64,000 nucleotides of DNA, taken from positions 62,001 through 126,000 of the forward strand of contig OX597817.1 in assembly GCA_951406725.2 (NCBI GenBank). Direction: 5' to 3'. Numbering within the stretch: the first letter of the stretch is position 1; the number at the start of each line of letters is the position of its first letter. Shown here one piece after another: positions 39,590-56,655 of this stretch. The position numbers were made by a program, and so were the translations under genes. Below the pieces are notes generated by a model. The model did not search any database, was not told where the DNA came from, and saw only the letters and a program-made list of their open reading frames with translations. Source of the DNA: Octopus vulgaris. Taxonomy: Eukaryota.

Positions 39590-39827
39590 AGTAAAACCAT
39601 GTAGCAACACCAAATGGCGGTGCCCCAGCATGGCCACAGCTCATGAGCTGAAACTAGAATCAATCAATCAATCATATATATATATATATACATATATGTA
39701 AAGTTAATCCATATATATATACATATATATATACATATATATCCATATATATATATATACCCCAGCACGGCCACAGCTCGTGAGCTGAAACTAGAATCAA
39801 TCAATCAATCAATCAGTCAATACATAC

Positions 39828-44538
<4,711 letters not shown>

Positions 44539-45026
44539 AGGCACTATATATGTATATACATATATATATATATATATATTAGCTTAGTTTCCCATATGTT
44601 TGTCAGTATCTCAGTCTAATTGACTGTTTGATTTGTACCCCCACACGTACATGTATATGTATGCGTGTATGTGAGTTGTGTGCGTGTATATATACATATA
44701 AGTATATATACATATGCGTGTATATATGCATATAAGTATATATACATATATATGTATACATATATATATACACATTTGGTTATGTAATGATCTAGTTATC
44801 GTAGTTTTTTCTATATAATTATTAGATTTTAACTTTACGTTTATTCGTAAGACTTTACTTAGCCAAACAGATACATACATCGTTAACAGTTATACGAGTT
44901 TTTTTAAAGTTAATTTTCATGTATATACATGTATTGATAGCATAAAATTTAGTCTTAAATAACTATATTTTTTTTCTCTCCTTTTTTTTTCTCTCCTTGT
45001 TTCTCTCCGTGTTTCTGCTCTGTGTA

Positions 45027-45064
45027 TCTTTCTGTTGAAGAGCGTAGGCTCGAAACGTAAAAGA
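45027..45064 (+). ncRNA. Variant minimal hammerhead-like motif in a short (TA)n-associated element
   Basis: tcttt-CTGTTGA-A-GAGC-gtag-GCTC-GAAA-CG-TA-aaaga. Relatives at 5242-5274, 24856-24885, 34745-34779 and 46676-46710 (-). Confidence 0.5.
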
Positions 45065-46434
45065 CTTGTTTTATTTATATTCCTGAGCGCCATACTAATA
45101 CAATTGTTTGTTTGTATTCCACCTGCCTTCGTCTTTTGTTTATTTTCATAAAGCTTCCCGTTATATATTTTTTGATAGTTATTTTAAAATTTTATAATTG
45201 TTATTATAACTTATATATTGTTTTTTTTTAAATTGATAATTGGTAGTAATATTTTTTCCATTAGTAAATATATTCGTAGTATTTATTTGATGCTATATAA
45301 CTAAGGATTGATTATTTCATTAAGTATTTTATTATTTCATTTTAGTTTCTTAACTATACGATTTTTGAAAGTTATTAGCTCGCCAACGAGATATATGGAT
45401 CGTTAATTAGTTATAGCGTTCTTTTAAGATTGTTTGTTTGTTTACAATTAGCTATTTTATCTTTAATCTTTTAATATTTTTATAAGTAATAATGAATAAT
45501 TAATTTATTAGGTCTTTATTATACGTGTATATATATTTATTGATAGAGATAATTTTAGATCTTAATTCTTATATATATATATATATACATTTATATATTT
45601 TCATTGATAATTTAGTTATTATTCAAATATTATATAATTATTTGACTTGAAATTATATTTAATATTATGAACAGTAATTTTTTTGTAAAATATTTATGTA
45701 ATTAAATATTGACTATAACTGAGATTAAATTATTTGTGGGTTTCTTATCTTAAAAAATAATACTTAAAAGTTAATATTTAACATTATAATCGATTGTATG
45801 ACATAATTATAATCGTTAAAGTTTCTAGTTTGATAATAGAGTTATTTATTAAAAAAATTATTATTTTATTTATTTCTTAAAAAATATTGTTTAGATATTT
45901 TTGATTATTTATTTAACCATAATTCGAATTATTAATTGAATTTAAATTATTGTTATTCGAATTAGGTTATGGGCATGAAACGATCGTAGTGGTTTTACTC
46001 TTTATCTTATATAAACATTTTAATACTTTTTGATAGTTACATTTATTAAAAAAATTAAAATAATAATAATAATAATAAAAATTGAAATAATAAAATATAT
46101 ATATTTATATATATGTATAAAAATTTATAAGTATAAATTAATAATTTAAATAATTTTTAAAATTCTAACTTTAAATTTAAATGATTTAAATTTTAAATTT
46201 TATATTTTATATATTTTGTATATTATATTAATTAATTTTATTTCTATGTATTGGTTTATGCTTTTCACTGTTTGATTTGCCTAATAATGATTTTATCTCT
46301 AATTTAATATATATATATATATATAAAAGCAATTAAGATTCAAGTCTATTCCAATGAATTTACTTGAATATGGTACTTAACTTAGATGCACCAGAAAACT
46401 ATATGGTGTTGACCATACAGTAATGTGGGGTGAT

Positions 46435-46553
46435 TATAAACGAGAAAGAAGCAACAAGAATGGATTAGTTTTTAGTACAATTGTTTCATACAAATTGTAT
46501 GAAACAATTGTACTAAAAACTAATCCATTCTTGTTGCTTCTTTCTCGTTTATA
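46435..46553. repeat. Perfect 59-bp-arm palindrome with a 1-nt centre
   Basis: 46435-46493 is the exact reverse complement of 46495-46553. Confidence 0.95.
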
Positions 46554-46556
46554 TAT

Positions 46557-46594
<38 letters not shown>

Positions 46595-47494
46595 CAAATG
46601 AACAAAAAATGATATTAACAATAAGAGACAACACGAGGATGAGCACAAGGAATTAGTTTCAGTAAATAGAGCGAGTTTTGACGTTTTGAGCAAAGCTCTT
46701 CGTCGGAAAGGAGAAAAGGAAAAGCCCAAAGAGGGAGAAGAACCGCCAACAGTACTTGCGTATACATATATACATACATGCAAACATACATACATACATA
46801 CATACACACACATACATACACACATATTCATACACACACATACACACACACATACATATATATATACAGAGCGATCCGGTAGAATCGTTACTCGCCAGAG
46901 AAAGTGCTTAGCAACATTTCTTTCGACCAAACGTTCTGAGTTTAAATGTCGACTGAGTCGTCTTTGCATTTCATCGTTTCGGTGTCAATACATTAAGTAC
47001 CTCTTGAGTAATATGCATGGCTGTATGTATACATATACTTATCCAAATCCTACTCATATATCTTCATGTATATTTACATTGGGTATCAGACCCCCACCAC
47101 CACTCCCTTCTACACACTGTTGTCCCCTGCATTAGATCGGCAGTGGGCCATAGCCAATCGCATTCAGTCTCCCATTCCATTACACCCTATTCATGAGTGT
47201 GGGACCCAAGTCTATACACCTAGCTCCACCGGACAGCAACAATATCATATCACGAACAGACAGACTGTCAGACAGGCATAATGTGGAACTTCAAATATAA
47301 ATCAGTCAACAAATTAACAAACCGAACAGAATTTGTTGATTGGGATCTCAGTTGCCTTCGCTTTGGTTAGAAAACTACAAGAGAAAGAAGATATTTGTTG
47401 ACCATTGAAACGAAGTTTCCAAATCATGTAGTCAAGATACATTTTCAGTTTTATATATAACACCATACGACCCAGCCTGTCTTGAGTAAAAAAG

Positions 47495-47546
<52 letters not shown>

Positions 47547-50500
47547 GTCAGTAAAATCCTAGACCAGCTCATCTTCGTCGGAGCCCTCTTCGCTGCTTAT
47601 ATCAAAATAAGCAACAATGATATCCAGATGTAATGCAATACGATCGTTTCATGCAATTCCATGTAAGTGGGCAATGTCATCTTTACATCAATTTAAAATG
47701 CAGAGCAATCCTCAGCTGCACAAATACATAGAATTTAATTAAATTAGAAAAGTTGGACACATTTGTATAATTATACCTAAAGTCTCCAAGAAGTTAAAGA
47801 GATAGACAAAGAACATTTTGCTTCAACTTCACCATGGAAGTTATCTTCTGTATTTCTTTGTCTCTGACACTGCTGCCTGTCCTGCCTTTCTTCTTGTTTC
47901 CATAGACCTTCAACTTCGGGAGTGTTGGGCTTCAGATGATTGAAAAAATATTATGTTGTCTTCTACGCATCATACTTAATGTTCTGAAGTAAACTATCTA
48001 AAAAATCCACAATAAATCCCGAGTGTTCTCTTGACTGTCTGCACCTGTCTTTCTATGAATCCGTGACCTTTGGGGTTGTGTGGAGATGTGGTTATAATGT
48101 TGAACCCCTACCCACCGGCTAGCTTTTTGAATTCCTATGATGTGAACTGGGTTCCATTGTCACATATGATTTGCTCTGGTATTCCTTTCTCTGCTAGAAA
48201 TCCTCGACCCACTGTAGTTATTATTTTGGCTCTCAGGTCTTTCACTTTTCTCCCAAATGGGAATTTGGAGTGGTAGCAGACCATAATCAAATACCATTCT
48301 TGGTTCTCTGTGAACATATCTACTACAATCGTTTGCTATGGCCTTCTTGGAATGACACTGGATATCATTTCCTCCTTTTGTTGTGAGTTTCTGTACTTTT
48401 GACAGATGTGGCATATAGAAACCACCTTTTCTATATCTTTGTACATGCCTACCCAATATATAGATGACTTGGCTCTGAGTTTGTATTTTTCCATTCCCAG
48501 AGGCCCTTGGTGGATCTTGTCAAGGATCTCTTTTTGCATTGATTTGGGGGGCGTAATTATTCTCAACTGATATGTCATCATGGATGGCCCAATATTCACG
48601 AATGAGGGGCTGCACCTGATGTCTCTTCTCTGGCCACCCCTGAATCACCATCTGAGTAAGGAGCTGGAGTTCTTCATCTTTGCTGGTCTCCTCTCTGATT
48701 TGTTCAAGCTTTGTGTTTGTCACATTTACAATGTGGTGGACCTTTACACTTAGTCCTTCCATCTCCTGTTTATCATGTGAGGATAGTCTGGAAAGAGCAT
48801 CCGCCAATATCAGGTCCTTTCCTGGCTTGCACCTGATATTGTAGTCGTATTTCTGGAGCCTCGACAGTAGCCTTTACAGTTTGGCTGGTGCTTTTGTGAG
48901 GTTTTTTTCTGTATATTTGTTCTAGCGGACGATGGTCTGTTTCAATATTGAAATGTCTGCCATACACGTATGTATGAAACTTTTCACAGCTATATACTAC
49001 TGACAGGAGTTCCCTTTCAATGTTTGCATACCTTGTCTCTGTGGGTGAGAGAGCTTTCAAGGCATGTGCAATAGGTTTACCTTCTTGTATCAATGCTGCG
49101 CCAACTATTCTCATAGAAGCAGCGACTTGGAGTGTTACTGGTTTGCGTCTGTCATAGTACTGCAGAGTTGTCTCCTTACTGATGAGCTTTTTGATTGCGC
49201 TGAAATCCTGTGTGTGTGAAGCACACCAATCAAACTCTATGTCACCTTTGTTTAGTTCTCGAAGATTTACAGTGTGATCGGGCAGCTTGGGTATGAAGGC
49301 TCCCATGTAGTGGATGAGTCCCAGGAAGCTCCTGAGTTCCTTCTTGTCTTTGGGTTCTTTGATGTCCCTGACGGCTTCCACTTTAGCGAGGTCTGGTTTC
49401 ACCCCCTCTGCAGAGTATATAATTCCAGAGAATTTGCACTTTTTTGCTTTGATCACACACTTGTCTGCATTGAGTTTGATATCTGCTTGTCGGGTTTTCT
49501 CCATAGCTTCGTGTGAATTGAAGTCATGTGTGATCTCATCCTTGCCTTGCACTTGGATATCGTCTGCTATCCCAGTTGCTCCCTTGCAGCCTTGGTAGGT
49601 GTCATCTATTTGGTACCTTTAATCCAAATGGGAGTCGGTTGAATCGGTATCTGCCATATGGTGTGTTGAAGGTAGTTATCATCGATGATTCTTTGTCTAT
49701 CTTTACAGTCCAGTACCCATTACTGGCATCCAGTTTGCTAAATATCTTAGATCCAGCTAATGATGGTGGTGTGATTTCTTCAAGGGTTGGAATTGGATGG
49801 TACTCTCTTTTTAATGCCTTGTTCAGATCCCTTGGGTCGAGGCATATCCGTAGGGTACCATTGGATTTTCCTTTGATTACAATTGAATTCACCCAGTCTG
49901 TTGGTCGTGTCACTTTGGTGATTATTTCTTTTTTTCCATTCTGCCTAACTCTGCCTTCAGCTTCTCCTTTAATTCTAAACGCAGCGAGGTGGATGAACAA
50001 CTGGTTTGGCATTGGGGTCGACTGTTATATGGTATCGACATTTCTCAAAACACCCAACTGTATCGTTAAAACATTCCGGGTACATGCTTATCAGTTCCTC
50101 TTTGTTTGTGCTTGGTGGTCGGTCTTTGGTAGTCATATCTCTGTCAATCCTGCTCGGCGCTACCTTCACTTCACCATTGATTGACACAATATTAAGCTTT
50201 TGACAGGTATTAAGTCCAAGAATTGCTGGTCCTTCTGTTCTTGTAACTTTAAAAGAACATTTGATTATTTTTCCTTTGTGTGTCCATGTGATTGTTGTTT
50301 TGCCCAGTTGTGGAACCATGGTACCTCCGTATGCAGTGAGGATTACATCACTTGGTATGAGGATTCCTTCTTTGACTTTAACTTCTTGTGTCATGTGTTC
50401 TGGGAACATCTTTTTGTAGAAGTTGACAGGTAAGATATCACTCTTATCGCTCCAGTGTCAATCTTTAGGTTTAAGTCAATGTTTATTCGTTTCTTGCCTG

Positions 50501-51520
50501 ACTTCTTTTGTATTTGTATTGTTGTGTATGCCTCATTTTTTTTTCTGGTCGTCATTTCCCATCTCATGTACATTTATTGTGCCGACTGCCAAGAATTCCT
50601 CCTCTGAGGTGTTTTATTCCTTGTTGTTGGGCATGTATATCTCTTTGTCTTCTCTTTCTGTTCCTCTTTGAAAATTAGGGCTTGAATTTATGAAATTTTG
50701 TTAGTCTACACATTTTTCCCCAGTGTTTGGGCTTTCCATATGCTTTGCAGTGTGTACCGAATGCAGGACATTTCTTCCGGTCATTGAACTCATGCTCCGT
50801 ACCACAGTACTGGCATGTTCTCTGCTTGTGGGTATGTTTCATCTTATGTCTAGTTACAATATCTACACTGCTGCCTATTGTGTTTGTAAAGTAAGTGAGG
50901 TCATTTGTTTGATAGTGGCTTCGAATGCTCTTGCAGTATCTACTGCTTCTATCAACTGGAGAGCGTCCTTACCTATGAGGGACTTCATTATGAGCACACC
51001 CCTATATAAGTTGATCAACAATCCTTTCGACCTTGTCTTTGAATTTGCATTTCTCGGCAAAAAGTTGTCAATCATTTCTTGTGGGTCTTGTTTCAGGCAC
51101 TGGAATTCGTATCTATGAATTCTATGGTTTGATCTGGGCTCTAGGTGCCTTACAGATTCCTCTAAAAGTGTGTCTGGATTATTGCAATCCGCTTCTGACA
51201 TATCCCAGCTATTGAATAGGTTTAGGCCCTACTCTCCCGTCCATAAAAGGATGTAGCCTATCTTTCCAATGGCAGTTGTACCTTTCAGGAAGTTTTTGAA
51301 AGCCAGTTGAGTTTTTCTGTTTGAATTTCTTGAACGCTTCCACGATATCATCGGCGTCCCAGTTCAGGGTCGGATGTAGATTCATCTGTACGGTGACGAG
51401 GGCTGCCATTTCGGATCCTCGTGTGTGTGTCCGAAGACGAAGCGATATTCAGTTTGTTAAATTTCAGGTTTGTTGTATTTCTGTTTTGTTGTAAAGGCAC
51501 AGTTTCTGATTAATTATTTA

Positions 51521-51532
51521 CCGCTGCCACCA
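51521..51532 (-). promoter_or_regulatory. Primer-binding site, tRNA-Leu type
   Basis: TGGTGGCAGCGG directly 3' of the LTR's terminal CA. Confidence 0.75.
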
Positions 51533-51764
51533 TGTTATGCATTCTCTCGTTCGTGATGGGATGATAGACAACTCAATGAAGGCATTGTTGTTGTTTTACG
51601 TGTTTATTTTGCTTAACCTGTTTACGAACTGTCAATATACAGCAGAGTAATACACATTGTGTGCATCCGCCCTAGACGCAGTTTCCGCTGTTTACTAACA
51701 AATAGTGGGGATGCACTTATACATACGCACACCTACGTATACACATAGATATGAATTTGTAACA
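51533..51764 (-). repeat. 5' LTR of the Gypsy element
   Basis: Minus strand reads TGTTACA...AATAAA...GCATAACA and is followed immediately by the PBS. Confidence 0.75.
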
Positions 51765-52478
51765 CAGTGTCCAACAATTTCCGACCTGTGGGCTTATGTC
51801 GACAACTGCTGTCACGTTTGGGACGAGTCGGTTTATCAGCTGAGTCTATCGTCAATATTGTCACGCCTCCTTCCTTCAAACGGGAAGGAAGAGCTATTTT
51901 TATCATCCTTGTGGCTATGGCGAATGAATGTATCTGGTGGACGCGTCTGTAAGGATTGGAGACAAACACTTTCCTCTCTGGTCTATCTCTCATCAACTTC
52001 TTCAAGTATCACTTCAAAAGGAAAGTGAGAGTAGAGAGGCAAGTTTTGTCTAGCGAATATTTAAAAAAAATCGGTGAATGTAGCAAGGATGGCACGTATG
52101 AATGACGAAGCCACCTTGAGCATAATGCTATGAACCCGGAAAATTTAAAACAGAGGGTTACTTACTTGCAAACGAACGTGGTAACATGTAACATCATTGA
52201 CCGAGGCTACCGTGGTCTTTTCCATAGGTTTTTCTTTCCACGGATAAACCTTATCTGCTTCCCCCTTTACACTTTACATCATGAAATTTCTGTGATACAC
52301 GATCCCTATTGATCGTCTTTTCCCTTCTTTTTTTCTTTTGTTTCTTCTTTTTACTTTTCCCTTTTACGATCCCGTTTGATTGAAAACCCACACCACTTTT
52401 TTTCCTCCCCAAAAAGAAAAGCTCTACTTTGTAATCTGTCCCGTCTGTGTGCAGCCCTGTGTGGCTAATAAAGAAACA

Positions 52479-52480
<2 letters not shown>
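51765..52480 (+). mobile_element. Tx1/L1-clade LINE 3' fragment
   Basis: QCPTISDLWAYV...IILVAMANECIWWTRL...FFKYHFKRKVRVERQ...VNVARM C-terminus (frameshifted), pyrimidine-rich UTR, AATAAA then (TATC)n. An inverted partial copy lies at 52731-52808. Confidence 0.6.
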
Positions 52481-52567
<87 letters not shown>

Positions 52568-53255
52568 TTGAAAAATGGAAATTTTTTCACAATTTTTCCA
52601 GGATCCTCATCTTTTACTAAACAGAAAGAAAAAAAATCCGGTAAAAGTGTAAAAATTAAGAGGATCGAATCCTACTCCATTTTTTCACTTTTTCCAGAAT
52701 TTTCTCTTCTTACTTATTTTTTTATTTTCTATTTTCCGGGATCATAGCATTATGCTCAAGGTGGCTTCGTCATTCATACGTGCCATCCTTGCTACATTCA
52801 CCGATTTTCTTTTAAAAAGCCGCTAATTGACGGGGATGTAAACACCCCAGCATCGGTTGTCAAGCTTGGTACGCAAGCGTGAAATTAATTGGGACCCCAG
52901 ATACGTTGCTACTCTTTAAAACTAAACTGAGGTAAGGCATTTTAATTTCATTTGAGGCCATTTAACGCTTGAATGAACATCCTTTCATCTTAAACTTTGT
53001 CTGTGTGTCTATAAATTAATGATACGATATTAATTATCATAAATGTGCGTGATCCAATTATGAAATCAGGAAATTCTTGTTTTTGGTTTTCGTTATGAAA
53101 CTTACAAGGGCGTGGCCGCTTTGTGGGGGACAGAGATGGAGGTAACACAGAGTAGGGTCTCTGTTAAGTCAGCCTGAAATGGTAGGGTTTTGTGTATATG
53201 TTTTAACAAGGGTGAATGTCTCCGCTGTGGAAACTGGATACCATTTATTTAAGAA

Positions 53256-53438
53256 GAGTGGCCCTGGTGCGCGCACTCGTTTACTCGCGCAACCGCGCTA
53301 GATAGTCGTGACTAGTCAATCCTACAACGACTACCTAGCAAAGTAAATGAAACACAAAAACACAAAGTAAGGATCGACTAGTCACGACTAGCTGGCTCGG
53401 ATGCGCTTGTACGCGATTGCGCGCACCGGGACCACTCG
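53256..53438. repeat. GC/CpG-rich imperfect inverted repeat (MITE-like or structured element)
   Basis: About 70-nt arms: GAGTGGCCCTGGTGCGCGCA...TAGTCGTGACTAGTC / GACTAGTCACGACTA...TGCGCGCACCGGGACCACTC. Confidence 0.75.
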
Positions 53439-54382
53439 TTTTAGGTAGTACCCTGTAAATTAATGTGTGTCTATAAATTAAAACTTAATATGTGTGTGTG
53501 TGTGTAAAAGTGATAAAGTCAAGTTTCATGTATTTAGCGTCTGTAACTGTAACTCCCTCCCACTCCTTTTGCTGTTTTAGCTTTCTTTCTGAACTGTCTA
53601 TAAAATATCTTTACAACTTCCATACTTCCGAACTTCAAATTGTAAACCCAGTGTTTATTTCAATGCCTCGCTTCCTCCATTTCCTCCCTCTCTTATTCTT
53701 CTCTTAGCCTATGTTATTAAGTCTGCTACGCGCATGTATGTATGTGTGTGTATAATATATACGAGCAGTCCCCCGGCCTTTATCTCGGTGTGTAGTGTAC
53801 ACAAATGTATTCATAAAACATCTTTCGTAATGCTTATGTATTAAGATCTTAATTAAAGGTTAAAAGTCGATACTTTTCACAAGAAATAGTTTTAAATTCC
53901 AACCTTAAGTACACACACTCTAATAACGCTGCCCCTGCTGAACTAGGTTGCGTAAGGGCGAGTGTGCATTTAAGAAGGGTGTGTGGATGTGCATGTGTAA
54001 ATGGGGACGAGTGCGTGTGAATGTATGTATGGGGGAGCTTAAAATTATGTGGGCCTGAGTGTGCGTAAGGGAGCGAATGTGTGTGTAAATGTAGAAGTAT
54101 CCTAATGTGGGCTTTGTGTAGAATGGTGTTACGTGTATTTGTGTGTGTGTGCGCGCGTATGGGCGTGTGTGTGGAGCTGCATATTGCATGTGTTTGTGTG
54201 TATGTATTCAAACGTTTGTGTGTAGCAGTTAATGTATGTTTGTTTGAATGGTGTGTGCACATGGTCTGTTAGTGCATGTGTGTGGGAGTCGTTGTGTGCA
54301 TGATGGTGTGTGGTTTGGGCAGTGAGCTGAACAGTGTGCAGGGGTGTTCTGATAGTGGTGTGGGTGGTGATGTTGCTGATGA

Positions 54383-54429
<47 letters not shown>

Positions 54430-54495
54430 AAATTTTCTGTCTTCCTCTCCCGCTCTCCTATTTCTTCTTTTCTAAGTATTTTTATTAAATCATCT

Positions 54496-55134
54496 TCACA
54501 TTTGACTGAAGGTCTTCCTGAGTGGTCGCTTCTGTTCGCTCGGGTACCACCCTACAACTGCACGGGTCCACCGATCGTCTGTGAACCTTGCGACATGACC
54601 AGCCCATCGTAGATTTACTTTGTGGTTTTCGGCGATGATGTCCTTCACTCCAGTTCTATTCCAGATTTCCTCATTCCAGGTGTGATCTCTTAGCCAGATT
54701 CCCAACATCAGCGTTACAATGGATATCTGCACTGTAAAAAGATGTTCCCTCTTCTTCAAGGCTCAAGTCTAACATGTGTATAGCACTGCAGGAAAGACTG
54801 TACTGTTGAAGAGATTGGTGCCAATTGCCTTGTCTAAGTTCTAACTTTCGCTGACAACATAACGCTGACAGCAGAGAGCACCGATCACCTGTAGACCATT
54901 GCTGGATGAACTGGATTCCAGAGGTTCGGCACGTGGCTTGAAGATCAACCGTATGAAAACCAAGATTATATGGTCTGAAGGCGTATCAATCGGTCAGCTA
55001 GCAGTCGGAGGTGACGAAATAGAAGAGGTGGACAGCTATGTCTATCTCGGTCAAGAAGTGACTAGAGGCGAGAGATGGAGAATGAGATGTTGCTAAGCAT
55101 AAGAGCAGGATGGAGAACATTCACGGATGTGCTG

Positions 55135-55137
<3 letters not shown>
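54496..55137. mobile_element. RTE-clade RT fragment with internal inversion
   Basis: 54840-55137 (+) reads FADNI..GLKIN..KTK..YVYLGQ..AGW. 54836-54496 (-) continues with LFNSTV..RWAGHVAR..DDRW. Confidence 0.75.
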
Positions 55138-55203
<66 letters not shown>

Positions 55204-55247
55204 ATATACATACATACATGCACACACACACATATATACATATATAT

Positions 55248-55692
55248 TGGAAATATGCTGTGCGTGAGGAGACCTGGCTCGACAAGTGAGACCATAACCC
55301 ATGGTCTTTACCTGGGATGTAGCCAGTCCACTTATGCATAAGTTTCCTCCTTTGGACTCAAAAAACTCTGCTTGCGAAGACCTGTTGAGGCAAATGAAAT
55401 CGAAGTCGATCAAAAATCAATGCAAATTGTAGTTGCGATACCTGTGCCGGTGGCATGTAAAAGAACCATCCGAACGTGGCCGTTGCCAGCGCCGCCTCGA
55501 CTGGCCTCCGTGCCGGTGGCACGTCAAAAGCGCCCACTACACTCATGGAGTGGTTGGCGTTAGGAAGGGCGTCCAGCTTTAGAAACACTGCCAGATCAGA
55601 CTGGACATGGTGCAGCCACCTGGCTTCCCCGGTTAAACCGTCCAACCCATGCTAGCATGGAAAGCGGGCGTTAAACGATGAGGATGATGATG

Positions 55693-55730
<38 letters not shown>
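55248..55730 (+). mobile_element. RTE LINE 3' end/UTR with (GAT)n tail
   Basis: Matches the 3' end of the 9391-10670 element and continues to gttggcgttaggaagggcgtccagc...cgttaaacgatgaggatgat. Confidence 0.8.
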
Positions 55731-56210
55731 ATGATGATATAATCATGTAGTCAAATGATCGACTACACTGTCAGATGTTACACTTCACTTGTCACAATGT
55801 GCTTTGCATCGTTTTACGTTTTGAATGATGCCACTCCACTGGTTAGGAAAGCAGGCGAACCTTCGGAAGTCTTGGGAAAGGAAGGGCATTGCAAGAATCA
55901 AACCCATGATCTGGCTATTGTGAGGGTAACACAATATACAGCTACTCACACATGCACACGAGTATACACATACATAGACATATATATGTACGTATATGCA
56001 TATAAAGCAATCATTTTACACCTTTTGTCCATACTACCATGGGTTGTATGAGTATATTATCAATCCATTCTTTTTGTATCTGGATCCCCTTCATGTTATT
56101 AACCCTTACCTGGTTTGTCTATTGACAGGGAAAATGATAATCTAATCGTTCATAGCTGAGCAATTTTCAGTAAAAGCAAACGGAAAAATACACTCACACA
56201 TACACACACA

Positions 56211-56250
<40 letters not shown>

Positions 56251-56501
56251 GACTTCATTTTGGCTGTTTTATCTCTATTTAATCCACTCAGAAGCCTTGA
56301 TCAGCCATGGGATTTAGAAGAAGGTATTTGCCCAAGGTGTCATACAGTGGGACAAAACTGGTGGTTGGCGTTTGGAAGGGCATCCAGCTGTAAAATCCCT
56401 TCCAAAATAGACAGTAGCCCAGGGTAGTTTTTTATACCTGGCCGGCTCCTGTCATCCATCTTACTCATGAATGGATGAAAAGTTGACGTTAAGTGATGAT
56501 A

Positions 56502-56642
<141 letters not shown>

Positions 56643-56655
56643 TTATATATATATA

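Larger units (their letters stand above)
35730..39675 (+). mobile_element. Near-full-length CR1/L2-group LINE, family B
   Basis: ORF1 + APE-RT ORF2, 3' stem-loop tail and (AATC)n repeats. An extra 3'-tail fragment lies at 39760-39820. Confidence 0.93.
47780..51764 (-). mobile_element. Decayed Ty3/Gypsy (Mag-like) LTR retrotransposon lacking its 3' LTR
   Basis: Domain order gag (51409-50875), protease (KIDTGA), RT (LRICLDPRDLNK, FSKLDA, RLPFGL, IADD), RNase H (YANIERELL, TDHRPL), integrase (ADALSRL, HQG, GIPEQIICDNGTQF); many frameshifts. Confidence 0.92.

Noticed and set aside
52066-52808. MITE with ~80-bp TIRs
   Set aside because: The left arm lies within a continuous Tx1/L1-like ORF2 end; the right arm is an inverted fragment of the same LINE.
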